DNA of 64,000 bases from an uncultured Acidobacteriota bacterium (GCA_963843575.1 CAWJKZ010000026.1:32001-96000); one strand, 5' to 3'. Numbered from the stretch's first letter, positions 9,022 through 19,738 are shown. Program-made: numbers and translations. The notes: generated by a model not told the origin, from the sequence alone.

Positions 9022-11403
9022 CTATTCCGGGGACTTGACGGTGCGGGTCTCCTGCCCGAGGGCGTCGAAATCGGTTGCCAGGGTGGAGCGTATGTACCGC
9101 CCGTAGAGCTGGAGGAGCCTTGACGCGGAAGCTTCCCAGCCGTAGTGATTCTCCACCAGGCGGCGTCCTTCCACCCCGAGGCGAGCGCGCAACCCGGCGT
9201 CGTTGAGCAGTTCCACCACTTGGTCGGCAAACGCCTCATCGGTGCCTGCGACCAGCAGGTTCCTCCCCTGCTCGTAACGCAGCCCCGCGCAGGCGACCGG
9301 GGTGGCCACGACGGGCATCCCCATGCCCCACGCCTCCAGGATTTTCCCACGGATGCCCACCCCCAGACGCAGGGGAACGACGTAAACCGACGCGGAGGCC
9401 ATGCAGGGGCGGATGTCTTCGACGAAGCCGGTCACCTCGATGCCGGGTGTGCCGGCCAACGCCGCGACCTCCGGGGGCGGGTTGCTGCCCACGATGACGA
9501 ACTCGGCGTCCGGCACTCGGGAGCGGATGCGCGGCAGGACGGCGCCGCAGAAGTGCAGCATTGCATCGACGTTCGGGTGGTGCTGGAACGCCCCGACGAA
9601 AACGAGGCGCGGGCGGGTTTCCGGGCTCCCGGACGGACGGAAATATTCCAGGTCCACCCCGGTGTTGATGACGTGGACCGGGACATCCGCGCAGAAGCGC
9701 CTCAGCGCGGCGGCGTCCGGATCGGTCATGCACACGACGGCGTCGGCGCGGCGCACGAGTCGGACCTCCCGGTCGAGCACCTGAAGGTAGTTGTAGAACC
9801 AGCGCAGCTTCTGCGACGGGTTGCGCTCGACCCGGGCCCGCCGCGCGCAGGCGGCGAAATCGACCTCGTGCTTCGTCAGGATCGTCGGGATCCCGAGTTC
9901 CTTGTCCGCGTAGCAGCCCATCTGGGAGTACTCGAGCTGAATGAGCGCGAAATCCCTTTCCTGCAGCGCGTGTTCCACTGCGGCGGTCATCTCCGGCGTG
10001 CGGAACTCGTCGAAGGGCTCGTACGGGAACAGGTGCCACCTGAGCGGGGGGCGGCGGCGCAGGGCGACCACGCTCTCGCAACAGCTTTCGACGTCGGCCA
10101 CGAATTCCCTTTCGTCGTCGTGCTCGAGGTAGCTGAGGAGAGTGACCCGGTAGGAACGGGCGACGCGGCGCAGCAGCTGAAACATGCGGGCAGCCCCGGC
10201 GTGGCGGCCGAGGTGGGGCAGGTACGCGGTGACCCAGAGCACCCGCGGCCGCTCGTCGCGCCCCGCGCCACGACCGCGGCGCGCGCGCGCGAAATAGAGC
10301 GCCGGATGGGTGAAAGTGCGGAAGATTTCCCGGTCCGACCTCGCCCGCCGCACCGTGCGGCCCAGCCGCTCGATTTCGACTTCCGGAATCCGGATGGCGG
10401 CATCCACAAGGCTGCGCCAGATGCCGATCCCGTGTTCCCGCGCGAGCCGGAAGCAGGACCACGGCAGCCACACGCAGTGCGCCAGCAGGTAGCGCCAGCC
10501 ACGGATGTTCTTCCACAGGAAGAGGAACTGGTTCCTTTGGATGAGGACCTGCAGCTGCATGGGGCCGAAGCGCTTCCGGCTGGTCGCGCGGTGCTTGTGG
10601 TATACCACGGATGCCGGCGCGAACAGCACCTCCCACCCCGCGCACCACGCGCGGTACGAGAGATCGGTGTCCTCCACGTAGGCCGGGGCATAGGCCTCGG
10701 AAAATCCGCCCAGCGCGAGATAACGCCCGCGGTGGAATGCGGACGAACCGCCGCCCGCCCAGAATACCGGGTAATGGCGGCGTTGCAGTTCCCGGTCATC
10801 GACGGGCGCGTGGCCGAACTCGATCATGCCGCGACGGAAGGCGGCCGTCGTGCGGCCCGTCTCCTCGCGCCGGGCGGACGGGTCCTGCAGGTGGATTTGA
10901 CTGGAAACGGCGAACGTGTCGGGGCCAAAGCCCTCGAGCAGAGGGCGGAGAAATCCCCGATCGACGACCATGTCGTTGTTCAGCAGCACAACGGTCGGGT
11001 GTTTTGCAGCCCGGACACCCGCGTTGTTCCCGGTGGCAAACCCCTGGTTTTCCGGCAGCGCGACGAGCCGGACGCCGGGGAAGTTGTCCCGTACGTAGTC
11101 GCGGGATCCGTCGGTGCTGCCGTTGTCGACGACGATGATCTCGTGGGGCAGCCCGTCGGCCGCGACCGCGTCGAGGACGGACGGGAGCCCCTGGGCGAGG
11201 AGTTCCTGCCCGTTCCAGTTCAGCACGACGATCGAAGCGGGCCCCGGGGCGGGCGCATCCCGCTGCAGCTCCTTCTTGCGCGTGAAGCGCGTCGCCACGT
11301 GGACGGCGTTGAAAAACAGTAGCGTCGCCGCCAGCAGGAGGAGAAACGGCGTCAACAGCACGGTCAGGAGCGCCAGCCCCGTCAATCGCACGATGTAAAA
11401 CAT
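9022..11403 (-). CDS. Bifunctional GT2 + GT4 glycosyltransferase
   Basis: N-terminal TM; GT2 ([29 protein letters not shown]); GT4 (FVGAFQHHPNVDA, GVGIRGKILEAWGMGMPVV). Confidence 0.88.
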   Translation of the reverse strand: MFYIVRLTGLALLTVLLTPFLLLLAATLLFFNAVHVATRFTRKKELQRDAPAPGPASIVVLNWNGQELLAQGLPSVLDAVAADGLPHEIIVVDNGSTDGSRDYVRDNFPGVRLVALPENQGFATGNNAGVRAAKHPTVVLLNNDMVVDRGFLRPLLEGFGPDTFAVSSQIHLQDPSARREETGRTTAAFRRGMIEFGHAPVDDRELQRRHYPVFWAGGGSSAFHRGRYLALGGFSEAYAPAYVEDTDLSYRAWCAGWEVLFAPASVVYHKHRATSRKRFGPMQLQVLIQRNQFLFLWKNIRGWRYLLAHCVWLPWSCFRLAREHGIGIWRSLVDAAIRIPEVEIERLGRTVRRARSDREIFRTFTHPALYFARARRGRGAGRDERPRVLWVTAYLPHLGRHAGAARMFQLLRRVARSYRVTLLSYLEHDDEREFVADVESCCESVVALRRRPPLRWHLFPYEPFDEFRTPEMTAAVEHALQERDFALIQLEYSQMGCYADKELGIPTILTKHEVDFAACARRARVERNPSQKLRWFYNYLQVLDREVRLVRRADAVVCMTDPDAAALRRFCADVPVHVINTGVDLEYFRPSGSPETRPRLVFVGAFQHHPNVDAMLHFCGAVLPRIRSRVPDAEFVIVGSNPPPEVAALAGTPGIEVTGFVEDIRPCMASASVYVVPLRLGVGIRGKILEAWGMGMPVVATPVACAGLRYEQGRNLLVAGTDEAFADQVVELLNDAGLRARLGVEGRRLVENHYGWEASASRLLQLYGRYIRSTLATDFDALGQETRTVKSPE

Positions 11404-11554
11404 TTCTGCACTTGATCGCCTGCCGCCGGATGGGCCTGAAGACGCGGGCACCGGCATGTCCGCAATTCATTGGGTCCCGAGCCCCCGGTGGCGAAGCAGT
11501 CGGACGAACAGACGGACTGGAGACCGGGATAACGGCACATCAGCGACCTGCCCT

Positions 11555-12850
11555 TCAGCTCGACTGGGCGAGCCGGCCGATGTAGTTGACCACGTCCACC
11601 TCCATTTTCACCATGCCGTACACCAGGTCCGCCGCCTGAAGGTTGAACACCAGGGCGTTGTCGATCCAGTCGCACATGTCGTGTTTCAGGACGTTGCCGC
11701 GGGCAATCGCCGGCGAGACGGAATAGCTGCCGGCGGCGAGCTGCGGGATCGTGACCCGGAAATCCGTGGTGAACACCTGGCCCGGACGTGCCGGGGGAAG
11801 GACGCTCCCGGCGTAGGATGTGTTGCAGGCCGAGATCTCGACCCCTAGCCGGTCGCGCAGGGTGTACCCGAGGATAGGCTGGGGCACGTCGCGGTGGAAG
11901 CGCGCGGTCACGCGCACGACAACCTGCTGGCCGCCGAAGACGTCGCGCGTGGACCTCCCCTCTTCGTCAAGGAGGTCCACGCCGACCAGGCTGGCATCGC
12001 CGTTTCCGAACCTGTGATCGATGTTCGGAATGCAGTCCGCCATCGGGATCTCGCCCCCGGCCGGCTCCACCGGAATTGCAGCAGCAGCGGCTTCGTCCTC
12101 GAACCCGCCATAGCGCCGCTCTCGCTCGAAGCTCAGGGCTCGGTATTTCTGGACGACGCTGTCGGGCGAACCGTCCTCCAACAGCTTTCCCTGGTCCAGC
12201 AGCAGGCCACGATCGCAGAACTTCGTGACGGCCCCAAGGTCGTGGGTCACCAGTACGATGGTCTTACCCTGGGCGCGGAGCTTGTTCATGCGGTGCATGC
12301 AGCGGTGCTGGAAGATCAGGTCGCCGACCGAGAGCGCTTCGTCCACCAGCAGGATGTCGGGGTCGACGTTGACCGCCACCGCGAAAGCGAGCCTCATGAA
12401 CATGCCGCTGGAGTAGGTCTTGACCGGCTGCTCCATGAACGAACCGATCTCGGCGAAATCCGCGATGGCCTGGAACCGCTCCTGCATCTGGCGGGTGTCC
12501 AGCCCCAGGATGGCGCCGTTCATGAAGACATTCTCCCGCCCCGTGAATTCCGGGTTGAACCCGGAGCCCAGTTCAAGGAGCGCCGAGACTTTTCCCGACA
12601 CGAGGCACTCGCCCCGGGTCGGGCGCATGATCCCGGCCAGGATCTGCAGCAGTGTACTTTTCCCCGACCCGTTTTGCCCGACGACTCCCAGGGTTTGTCC
12701 GGGGGTCAGGTCGAACGACACGTCCTCGAGCGCCCAGAACTCCCTGTGTAGAGGGGCGCGCGCCAGCTTCAGCACCTCGCGCAGCTTGTCCGCCCGGTTG
12801 CGGTAGATCTGATACTTCTTCGAGAGGTGCCGCACCTGTATCGAGAGCAT
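11555..12850 (-). CDS. wzt: O-antigen/polysaccharide ABC exporter ATP-binding subunit with Wzt C-terminal domain
   Basis: GQNGSGKST, YSSGMFMRLAFA, LLVDEALSVGD, LVTHD; C-terminal RFGNGDA domain. Confidence 0.92.
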   Translation of the reverse strand: MLSIQVRHLSKKYQIYRNRADKLREVLKLARAPLHREFWALEDVSFDLTPGQTLGVVGQNGSGKSTLLQILAGIMRPTRGECLVSGKVSALLELGSGFNPEFTGRENVFMNGAILGLDTRQMQERFQAIADFAEIGSFMEQPVKTYSSGMFMRLAFAVAVNVDPDILLVDEALSVGDLIFQHRCMHRMNKLRAQGKTIVLVTHDLGAVTKFCDRGLLLDQGKLLEDGSPDSVVQKYRALSFERERRYGGFEDEAAAAAIPVEPAGGEIPMADCIPNIDHRFGNGDASLVGVDLLDEEGRSTRDVFGGQQVVVRVTARFHRDVPQPILGYTLRDRLGVEISACNTSYAGSVLPPARPGQVFTTDFRVTIPQLAAGSYSVSPAIARGNVLKHDMCDWIDNALVFNLQAADLVYGMVKMEVDVVNYIGRLAQSS

Positions 12851-13707
12851 TAGAGCACGTCCACGAATTCGCGTTTCATGTGCCGGAAGAATACCCCCCC
12901 CAGTACGAACACCGCTACCGAGCCTGCCGCCAGCAGGGCGAGCAGGGTGAGATCGGGCATGCGCATCCGCAGCAGACAGTCGCGGTAGCCCGTCACCACG
13001 TGCGCCAGCGGATTCCATTTGAGCAGGAAAACGAGCTGGCTCGGAAACCGTTCCGGCGAGTAGAAAATCGGTGTGAACCAGAACCAGAAGGTCAGGACGA
13101 CGCTCAGCACCTGCGAGACATCCCGGACAAAGACGTTCAGGCCCGACACCAGCCAGGACAGGCCGAGCGTGAAGAGCATCAGGCACAGGAAGTACACCGG
13201 CACGAGCAGTGCGTAGACGCTGATTTTGCCGAGCGTGGCGGCCAGAATGGCGAGCAGGATCGCGAAGCCGATCAGGTGGTTGACGACACCGGCCAGCAGC
13301 ACCGTCAGCGGCAGGATTTCCGTCGGGAACAGCGTCTTGGTCACCAGGTTCGAGTTGTCGATGATCACGGTGCTGGAACGCTGCAGCGTGTCTTGGAAGA
13401 AGAGCCATGGCAGGATGCTGCAGAAGAGGAACAACGGGAAACTCGTGGTCCCGGAGTCGGGCAGCGGCCGCTGGCCGAAGATGACGGAGAAGACGAACGT
13501 ATAGCTCACCAGCAGCACGATCGGGTGGATCACGCTCCAGAAGAAGCCCATAAACGAGCCGACGTAGCGGGAACGCAAGTCCCGAACGACGAAGTTGCGG
13601 ATCAAACCCCGCTGGACAAAAAGCTTCTGGGCGAAGTTCCCCAGGATGATCCACGGCGCGAGCCAGGGATGGACCTGCCGGGGAGCGGTGTGCGGCACGG
13701 TGTTCAT
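12850..13707 (-). CDS. wzm: O-antigen/polysaccharide ABC exporter permease
   Basis: RDLRSRYVGSFMGFFWSVIHP, FVRDVSQ, TPIFYS, WNPLAH; stop overlaps wzt start. Confidence 0.92.
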   Translation of the reverse strand: MNTVPHTAPRQVHPWLAPWIILGNFAQKLFVQRGLIRNFVVRDLRSRYVGSFMGFFWSVIHPIVLLVSYTFVFSVIFGQRPLPDSGTTSFPLFLFCSILPWLFFQDTLQRSSTVIIDNSNLVTKTLFPTEILPLTVLLAGVVNHLIGFAILLAILAATLGKISVYALLVPVYFLCLMLFTLGLSWLVSGLNVFVRDVSQVLSVVLTFWFWFTPIFYSPERFPSQLVFLLKWNPLAHVVTGYRDCLLRMRMPDLTLLALLAAGSVAVFVLGGVFFRHMKREFVDVL

Positions 13708-13731
13708 AAGCCGCGCATTATAGCAGAGAGG

Positions 13732-14886
13732 CTATTGGTGTGGGTGCGATGGCGGGCCGAGGGAAGGGAGCGGGGGCCGCGTCTTGCCGCCCCCGCGGCT
13801 CAGTCGGACAAACAGCTGTTCGTACCGGCTGACGATATTGTCCCAGCAGTACTCGGCCCGGGCGCGTTCGAGTGACTTCTGTCTCAGGCGGGCAAATCGC
13901 TCCGGGGAGTCCTCGACCTGCTGCAGCTGGCGGGTCAGGTCGCCGGCGTCGTTTTTCGCGTACAGGAGGCCCGCGTCGCCGAGCACCTCGGCGTTTTCGG
14001 GAGTTCCGTTGGCGAGCACCAGATTGCCCTGTCCCATCGCTTCGACCAGGGCCGGGTGCGTGCCGCCGACCTCGGTCGCGTGCACATAGCAGAACGCGTG
14101 GGCCAACAGCTCCCTGTAACTTGCGCCGTAGATCGCCCCGGGGAAGAGAACCCTCGGGTCGGCCATACTCTTGAGGGTCCGGATGTATTCGTGCGAATAG
14201 GGGGCGTCCCCGACGATCACCAGGGGTTTGGCGGTGCGAACACTCCCGTAGGCACGCACGACGAGGTGGGCGTTGTTCTCCGGTTCCAGCCGGCTGACGT
14301 ACAGGATATAACCCCCCGGCGCGAGGCCGAGCCGATCGAGGCACGCGCGGGTGGTCGTCTGGCAGGCCAGTGTGCCGTAGGCGATGAACTCCGAATCGGC
14401 CCCGTAGCGCTCGCGGTAGTACCGCTGGATGACCCGGGCGTCGGTGACGGTGGCGTTGGGCAGCCACACGGAAAGGTATTCGCATGCGCGGTAGTACGCG
14501 CGCCCCGCGCGGTTCCACTTGCGGCGCAGGCGCTCGATGCCGTCGACGTTCAGGGCGACGGGTGTTCCGGCCAGCCGCGGGATCCAGGCGAATATGCTGT
14601 TGGCTGCGTTGCAGATAAGCATCACGTCGTAGCGTCTGAAGAGCGCGTGGATGACCGACAGGAACGTGTGGACCAGGGTGTCGGTGTATTTCCACTGCAA
14701 TGTCGGCAGGACGACGAGGGAAACTCCGCGGTAGCGGCGCTGTCCGAGCGGGACATGGTGCGACCGGCAGTACACGGTCACGTCGTGGCCGCGGGCGGCG
14801 AGGCCGGCGGCGCACTCCTCGGCGAACGTCTCGAAGCCGCCGTAATTGGCCGGGATGCCGCGCGTACCCAGGATCGCGATCTTCAA
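13732..14886 (-). CDS. Glycosyltransferase family 4 (DUF1972-type)
   Basis: KIAILGTRGIPANYGGFETF, VSRLEPENN, HATEVGGTHPALVEAMG. Confidence 0.9.
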   Translation of the reverse strand: MKIAILGTRGIPANYGGFETFAEECAAGLAARGHDVTVYCRSHHVPLGQRRYRGVSLVVLPTLQWKYTDTLVHTFLSVIHALFRRYDVMLICNAANSIFAWIPRLAGTPVALNVDGIERLRRKWNRAGRAYYRACEYLSVWLPNATVTDARVIQRYYRERYGADSEFIAYGTLACQTTTRACLDRLGLAPGGYILYVSRLEPENNAHLVVRAYGSVRTAKPLVIVGDAPYSHEYIRTLKSMADPRVLFPGAIYGASYRELLAHAFCYVHATEVGGTHPALVEAMGQGNLVLANGTPENAEVLGDAGLLYAKNDAGDLTRQLQQVEDSPERFARLRQKSLERARAEYCWDNIVSRYEQLFVRLSRGGGKTRPPLPSLGPPSHPHQ

Positions 14887-14901
14887 CGCTCTTCTCGCAT
14901 T

Positions 14902-16170
14902 CTATGCCGTCCGCCCGTCGGGCGCCGGGAACCCCGCCGCCCCAAGGTCGGATCGAAAGTCCGAGCAGAAAGCATAGGGAAGGCTCTGCAGGAAAAGAAA
15001 CAGCGTGAGCACCTCGGAATCGCCGAAGTTGTATTCGACCAGGCCCGAGACCATCAGGGCCACCCAACACCCCAGCGCGGCCGTCGCGGCGAGCCGCGCG
15101 TCGCACCCCGGTGGAGGCACCGTGGGGCCGCGGGCCGTGGCGCGCAGGACAGACCAGGCATCGAACGCGAAGCGCCCCATGAGCCAGAGCCAGAGCGCGA
15201 GTCCCGGCAGCCCCCGCTCCGCGGCGATTTGGAGAAAGTTGTTGTGCATGTGCTGATACAGCCAGTCGGGGAACTCGTGGCTCCCCCGGTAACGGAGCGC
15301 CTCGACCTGCACGTTTTTCGGCCCCACCCCGAAGACCGGGTTGTCGCGGATCAGCCTCGCCGACGTCCCCAGGAGTTCGATCCGGTTGCGGGTGTTCGGG
15401 TCGTTCCGATCCCATCCCGAGCGGATGCGTTGACGGAACGATTCCGGCGACGCCGCATAGACGGCGATCACGACCACCACGAACCCTGCCACCGCGCGGT
15501 GTCGTCGCAGCAGTACAAGCACCGTGACGATGCCTGCGACGGCGCCCAGCATGGCGCTCCTGGTCTGAGACAACGAAATGGGCAGCGCCAGGATGGCGAG
15601 TACCGGCACCGCCCAGCGGCGGCGATCCCAGCCGCAGCAGTAACCGTAGGCCACCAGCGCGACGAGGACCAGCATGAGCAGGCCGGAGTAGGTCATCCAG
15701 TGGCTCATGAATCCCGAGATCCTGTGCAGCAGGTCGCGATGCGGGTTCTCGGCGAACTGGGCCACGCCGGCCGCGGATGAAAGCAGGCCGACCGCGAAAA
15801 GGACCTCGAACGATCTGCGCACGCGCCCCTCGCCGGCCATGAGACGGGGCACGATCGGCACCAGAAGGAACAGGTAGAACTTTTTGACGATGCCGAGCCC
15901 CAGCAGGATGTCGGAGGACGCAAGGGCGGCCGCTACGGTCCAGCCGAAGAACAGCGCGAGTGGTAGAAAAACGGGACGCCATTCGATGCGCAGGCCGTCC
16001 CGGCGGGCGGCCCAGAGGATCCCGAATATGGCCGCGCCGAGCATGATCTGGGACGCCGCAATCGAGATCAGCGACAGCGAGACACCCGCGACCAGGGCGG
16101 CGCAGGCAGTCTGCTCCGGCCGCATTTTCAGGAAACGGAGGTGCTTGAGCGCGTCAGGCATGGGCGGCAC
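14902..16170 (-). CDS. waaL: O-antigen ligase family protein
   Basis: Multi-TM; SQTRSA, R...NPVFGVGP, HMHNNFLQIAAERGLPG. Confidence 0.85.
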   Translation of the reverse strand: MPPMPDALKHLRFLKMRPEQTACAALVAGVSLSLISIAASQIMLGAAIFGILWAARRDGLRIEWRPVFLPLALFFGWTVAAALASSDILLGLGIVKKFYLFLLVPIVPRLMAGEGRVRRSFEVLFAVGLLSSAAGVAQFAENPHRDLLHRISGFMSHWMTYSGLLMLVLVALVAYGYCCGWDRRRWAVPVLAILALPISLSQTRSAMLGAVAGIVTVLVLLRRHRAVAGFVVVVIAVYAASPESFRQRIRSGWDRNDPNTRNRIELLGTSARLIRDNPVFGVGPKNVQVEALRYRGSHEFPDWLYQHMHNNFLQIAAERGLPGLALWLWLMGRFAFDAWSVLRATARGPTVPPPGCDARLAATAALGCWVALMVSGLVEYNFGDSEVLTLFLFLQSLPYAFCSDFRSDLGAAGFPAPDGRTA

Positions 16171-17263
16171 GGGAAACAGGCCCCCGGCCCTTCAGGAAAG
16201 ACAGGCAAAGCGCTTCGGTCTCGACGATCTTGCGTTCGAGGGTGAACCGCTCCTCCATCCGGGCCCTCCCCTGCTGGCCCATGCGGAAGCACTCCTCCTG
16301 GTCGTCGGCCAGGCGCTCCAGCGCACGGGCGAGCGCGATCGGGTCCGCGGCAGGGACGAGGATCCCGTTCTCACCGTCGCGAATCAGTTCGGGTATCCCG
16401 CCGACGTTGCTGGCGACCACCGGTAGAGAACTGGCCATGGCGGTCAGGATGGCCGAGGACAGCCCCTCCGACAGGCTCGGCAGCACGAAGACGTCGAAGG
16501 TCTTCATGTACCTGCCGGGACGGTTCTGGAACCCGGCGAACTGGAAGCACGAGTCGAGCCCGCGCTCGCGCACCTGGGCCTCCAGCGCCTGGCGGCATTC
16601 CCCGTCGCCGACGATCACGAAGCGCAGGCGCTGGTGCACGTCCGGGATCAGGGCCGCCGCCTCCACCAGGTAATACAGCCCCTTCTCCGGGCTGAGGTGG
16701 GCCACCGTCCCGATGGTTGCGGGAACCGCGGGGCCCCGCAAGTTGGGCGCCTGCAGCCTGGGATACAGATCGACGTCCATGCCCTCGTAGACCGTGCGGA
16801 TCCGGGATGGCTGGACGCCGCCCGCCTGGAGCTGGGAGCGGATCGATTCCGATATCGCCACGATGCAGTCGATGCCCCAGTTGTATTTCAGCCGGGTCAG
16901 GGGATTGCGGCGCAGCGGGAAGTTGACGCGGCGGAAGATGATCCTGGCCCGCACGGACGAGCAGCGCGACGCCAGGTTGCCGAGCAGGATCGGTTTCGGG
17001 GTGTTGAACGCCAGGATCTGCGGACGGGCGCGCAGCAGCACGCCCAGGATCCGGAAGAAGTAGAGTGCTCCGGTCCCGCCGCGCATCGAGAGAGGATGCA
17101 CGTGCACCCCCACTTCCCGCGCGCGCTCCTCGAGGAGAGTGCCGGGATGGCAGATGAGATGCACCGTGTGACCGCGCTGGCCCAGGCCCCGCAGGAGGGT
17201 GAACAGCTGATCCTGCCCGCCTCGCCACACGCGTTCGGCATCTATGAACAGGAGTGAAATCAT
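16154..17263 (-). CDS. Glycosyltransferase family 4
   Basis: WRGGQDQ, VAHLSPEKG, FVLPSLSEGLSSAIL, VGGIPE. Confidence 0.9.
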   Translation of the reverse strand: MISLLFIDAERVWRGGQDQLFTLLRGLGQRGHTVHLICHPGTLLEERAREVGVHVHPLSMRGGTGALYFFRILGVLLRARPQILAFNTPKPILLGNLASRCSSVRARIIFRRVNFPLRRNPLTRLKYNWGIDCIVAISESIRSQLQAGGVQPSRIRTVYEGMDVDLYPRLQAPNLRGPAVPATIGTVAHLSPEKGLYYLVEAAALIPDVHQRLRFVIVGDGECRQALEAQVRERGLDSCFQFAGFQNRPGRYMKTFDVFVLPSLSEGLSSAILTAMASSLPVVASNVGGIPELIRDGENGILVPAADPIALARALERLADDQEECFRMGQQGRARMEERFTLERKIVETEALCLSFLKGRGPVSRAAHA

Positions 17264-17305
17264 CGCGCCTTGGTGAACTCCGCCCGACGGGTCGGATATC
17301 TTGAT

Positions 17306-18274
17306 TTATGACCCTGAACTGACCGCTTCAGGGTGATGGCGGTACCAGGCGACTGCCCGTTCCAGGCCTTCCTGGAGCGCAACGGCGGGGGTGTACTCCA
17401 GCAGCTTCGCCGCCTTGCTCACATCCGCGAGAGAGTGCCGCACGTCTCCGGCTCGGGGGGGCTCGTACCTCGGTTCGACCCGTGCGCCGACAATCCGCGC
17501 CAGTTCACGCGCCAGCTGGTTGAGGCTGGTCCGGGCACCGCAGCCTATGTTGAAGACCTCACCGGCAATCCCTGGGTGAGTCGCCGCCTTCCAGTTTGCC
17601 TCGACCACGTTGGAAACAAACGTGAAATCGCGGGTCTGCTCGCCGTCACCGTATACCACGGGCGCTTGACCCGACAGCAGGCGAATGGCGAACCGGGGGA
17701 TGACGGCGGCATACGCGGACTGCGGATCCTGCCGGGGACCGAACACGTTGAAGTAGCGCAGGCAGACGGTCTCGAGCCCGTACAACTGCAGGAACAGCCG
17801 GCAAAAATGTTCGCACACCGCCTTGCTGAGGGCGTACGGGGAAAGCGGGCGCCCGACGCAGTGCTCGACCTTGGGCAACCCCGGGTCGTCGCCGTAGACC
17901 GAGGACGACGATGCCACCACGACCCGCTGAACACCCGAGTCGCGCGCGGCGACGAGAACCGAGAGGGTGCCGGCGATGTTGGCGCGCTCCGTCGCCTGTG
18001 GGTCGGCTATCGAGCGGGGCACCGAGGGGATCGCCGCTTGGTGAAACACGTAGCGCACGCCACGGAAGGCCTCGCGCAACCGGTCGGTGTCGTTGATGTC
18101 CGTTCTGAGGATCTGCAGCCGGCCGTCGGCTCCCTCGGACCACCCCGACAGGTTGCGTTCCTTCCCGGTGCTGAAATTGTCGATGACGACCACGGAGCAC
18201 TGCCGTGAGAGCGATTGCTCGGCGAGATTGGAGCCTATGAAGCCCGCGCCCCCGGTGACTGCGATCTTGTCCAT
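17306..18274 (-). CDS. NAD-dependent UDP-sugar 4-epimerase (WbpP/TviC-like)
   Basis: TGGAGFIGS, HQAAIPSVPRS, SPYALSK, LRYFNVFGPRQDP, GDGEQTRDF. Confidence 0.9.
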   Translation of the reverse strand: MDKIAVTGGAGFIGSNLAEQSLSRQCSVVVIDNFSTGKERNLSGWSEGADGRLQILRTDINDTDRLREAFRGVRYVFHQAAIPSVPRSIADPQATERANIAGTLSVLVAARDSGVQRVVVASSSSVYGDDPGLPKVEHCVGRPLSPYALSKAVCEHFCRLFLQLYGLETVCLRYFNVFGPRQDPQSAYAAVIPRFAIRLLSGQAPVVYGDGEQTRDFTFVSNVVEANWKAATHPGIAGEVFNIGCGARTSLNQLARELARIVGARVEPRYEPPRAGDVRHSLADVSKAAKLLEYTPAVALQEGLERAVAWYRHHPEAVSSGS

Positions 18275-18410
18275 AAACGGCTCATTGTCGAACAGGGGAG
18301 GTATCTTAGCAGAGATCGGCAACCGGAACAACGAGGGGCCTGGTCGCTGGGACGGGGCGCTCGAAAACACAATTTTCGGGACCTGCCCCCCCGCTGGTAG
18401 AATGCGGCGC

Positions 18411-18719
18411 ATGCAAGTTCGAATCACCTGCAACGGGGCGGAGGTGGCGGTGGGGGAATTCGTCGGCAGGTTTGCCGCCGCGGTCTGCCTGGGGATGGTC
18501 GATGCGCTGAAGGCGCCCCGCCCGGCGCGCCATGTCAGGTTCGACCTGGACGGGACGGTCGTCACGCTGGTGGTCGACGGCTCCCCCGTCCCGATGGAGA
18601 AGGGCTTCGCTCGTGTGATCGTGCACGACACGCTGCGCGGAATGCTGCAACACCTCAAAGGACTGGATCCGGCCGGAGTCGTCCGGATCGAAACCACATT
18701 ATCGGAGGGGAAACCGTGA
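18411..18719 (+). CDS. Small hypothetical protein with internal duplication (MobB C-terminal-like)
   Basis: 102 aa; repeats VRITCNGAEVAVGEFV...GMVDALK and VTLVVDGSPVPMEKGFA...GMLQHLKG; GTGA overlap with icd. Confidence 0.65.
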   Translation: MQVRITCNGAEVAVGEFVGRFAAAVCLGMVDALKAPRPARHVRFDLDGTVVTLVVDGSPVPMEKGFARVIVHDTLRGMLQHLKGLDPAGVVRIETTLSEGKP

Positions 18720-19738
18720 CGAGAGCCAAATCAACGCAACTGGGCAAGACCGTAACCCTGATTCCCGGGGACGGGATAGGGCCGGAGATCACCCAGGCGG
18801 TCGTCCGCATACTGGAGGCGGCGGGCTTTCGGCCGCGCTGGGAACGGGTCCTCGCGGGCGACGCCGCCATGAAGGAGACGGGCACGCCGTTGCCCGATGC
18901 CCTGATCGAATCCGTCGAGCGCACGCGCATCGCTTTGAAAGGCCCACTTAAGACGCCGATCGGCACCGGATACAAGAGCGTCAACGTCGCCTTGAGACAG
19001 CACTTCTGCCTTTACGCGAACTTCCGCCCCATCCAGAGCCTGGATGGCGTCGAGACGAAATGGAAGGACCTCGACCTGGTAGTGATCCGGGAAAACACCG
19101 AGGGGCTCTACTCGGGGATCGAACACGAGGTCGTGCCCGGAGTCGTCGAAAGCCTTAAGATCATCACCCGCTCGGCGACCGAGCGCATCGCCGAGTTCGC
19201 CTTCAGGTTCGCCCGGCGGGCGAGGCGCAAGCGCATCACCATCATCCACAAGGCGAACATCATGAAGCTGAGCGACGGGTTGTTCCTGCAGGCCTCCAGG
19301 GATATCGCCAGCCGCTATCCGCAGATCGCGTGCGACGATTGCATCGTCGACAACGCCTGCATGCAGTTGATCACCCGTCCCGAGCGGTTCGATGTCCTGC
19401 TGCTGGAGAACCTGTACGGCGACATCATCTCGGATCTGGCGGCGGGGCTGGTCGGCGGGCTGGGGGTCGTCCCCGGGGTGAACTACGGCGACAACTGCGG
19501 CATCTTCGAGGCCGTCCACGGCACCGCCCCCGATATTGCCGGGAAAGGGATCGCCAACCCGGTGGCGCTGCTGCGTTCCGCCGTCCTCATGCTCGATTTC
19601 GTCCACCTCCCGAAGATCGCGCGGCGCATCGATTCCGCGCTGCGCAAGGTTCTGCGCGCGGGGAGGGCGACGACCCCCGACCTGGGCGGCAACGGCACCA
19701 CCGACGGGATGTGCCGGGCCATCATCGACAGCCTGTAA
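18716..19738 (+). CDS. icd: Isocitrate dehydrogenase (NAD-type) / beta-decarboxylating dehydrogenase
   Basis: [60 protein letters not shown]. Confidence 0.85.
   Translation: MTRAKSTQLGKTVTLIPGDGIGPEITQAVVRILEAAGFRPRWERVLAGDAAMKETGTPLPDALIESVERTRIALKGPLKTPIGTGYKSVNVALRQHFCLYANFRPIQSLDGVETKWKDLDLVVIRENTEGLYSGIEHEVVPGVVESLKIITRSATERIAEFAFRFARRARRKRITIIHKANIMKLSDGLFLQASRDIASRYPQIACDDCIVDNACMQLITRPERFDVLLLENLYGDIISDLAAGLVGGLGVVPGVNYGDNCGIFEAVHGTAPDIAGKGIANPVALLRSAVLMLDFVHLPKIARRIDSALRKVLRAGRATTPDLGGNGTTDGMCRAIIDSL

Noticed and set aside
12851-13654. Apparent long N-terminal extension of the wzt ORF (699 aa)
   Set aside because: Off-frame read of wzm; Wzt similarity starts at Met 12850
9145-15982. 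Long alternative ORFs (9145-11322, 14056-15780, 13718-15982)
   Set aside because: Shadow or off-frame ORFs over clear glycosyltransferase genes; low-complexity Arg/Gly/Pro-rich or antisense translations
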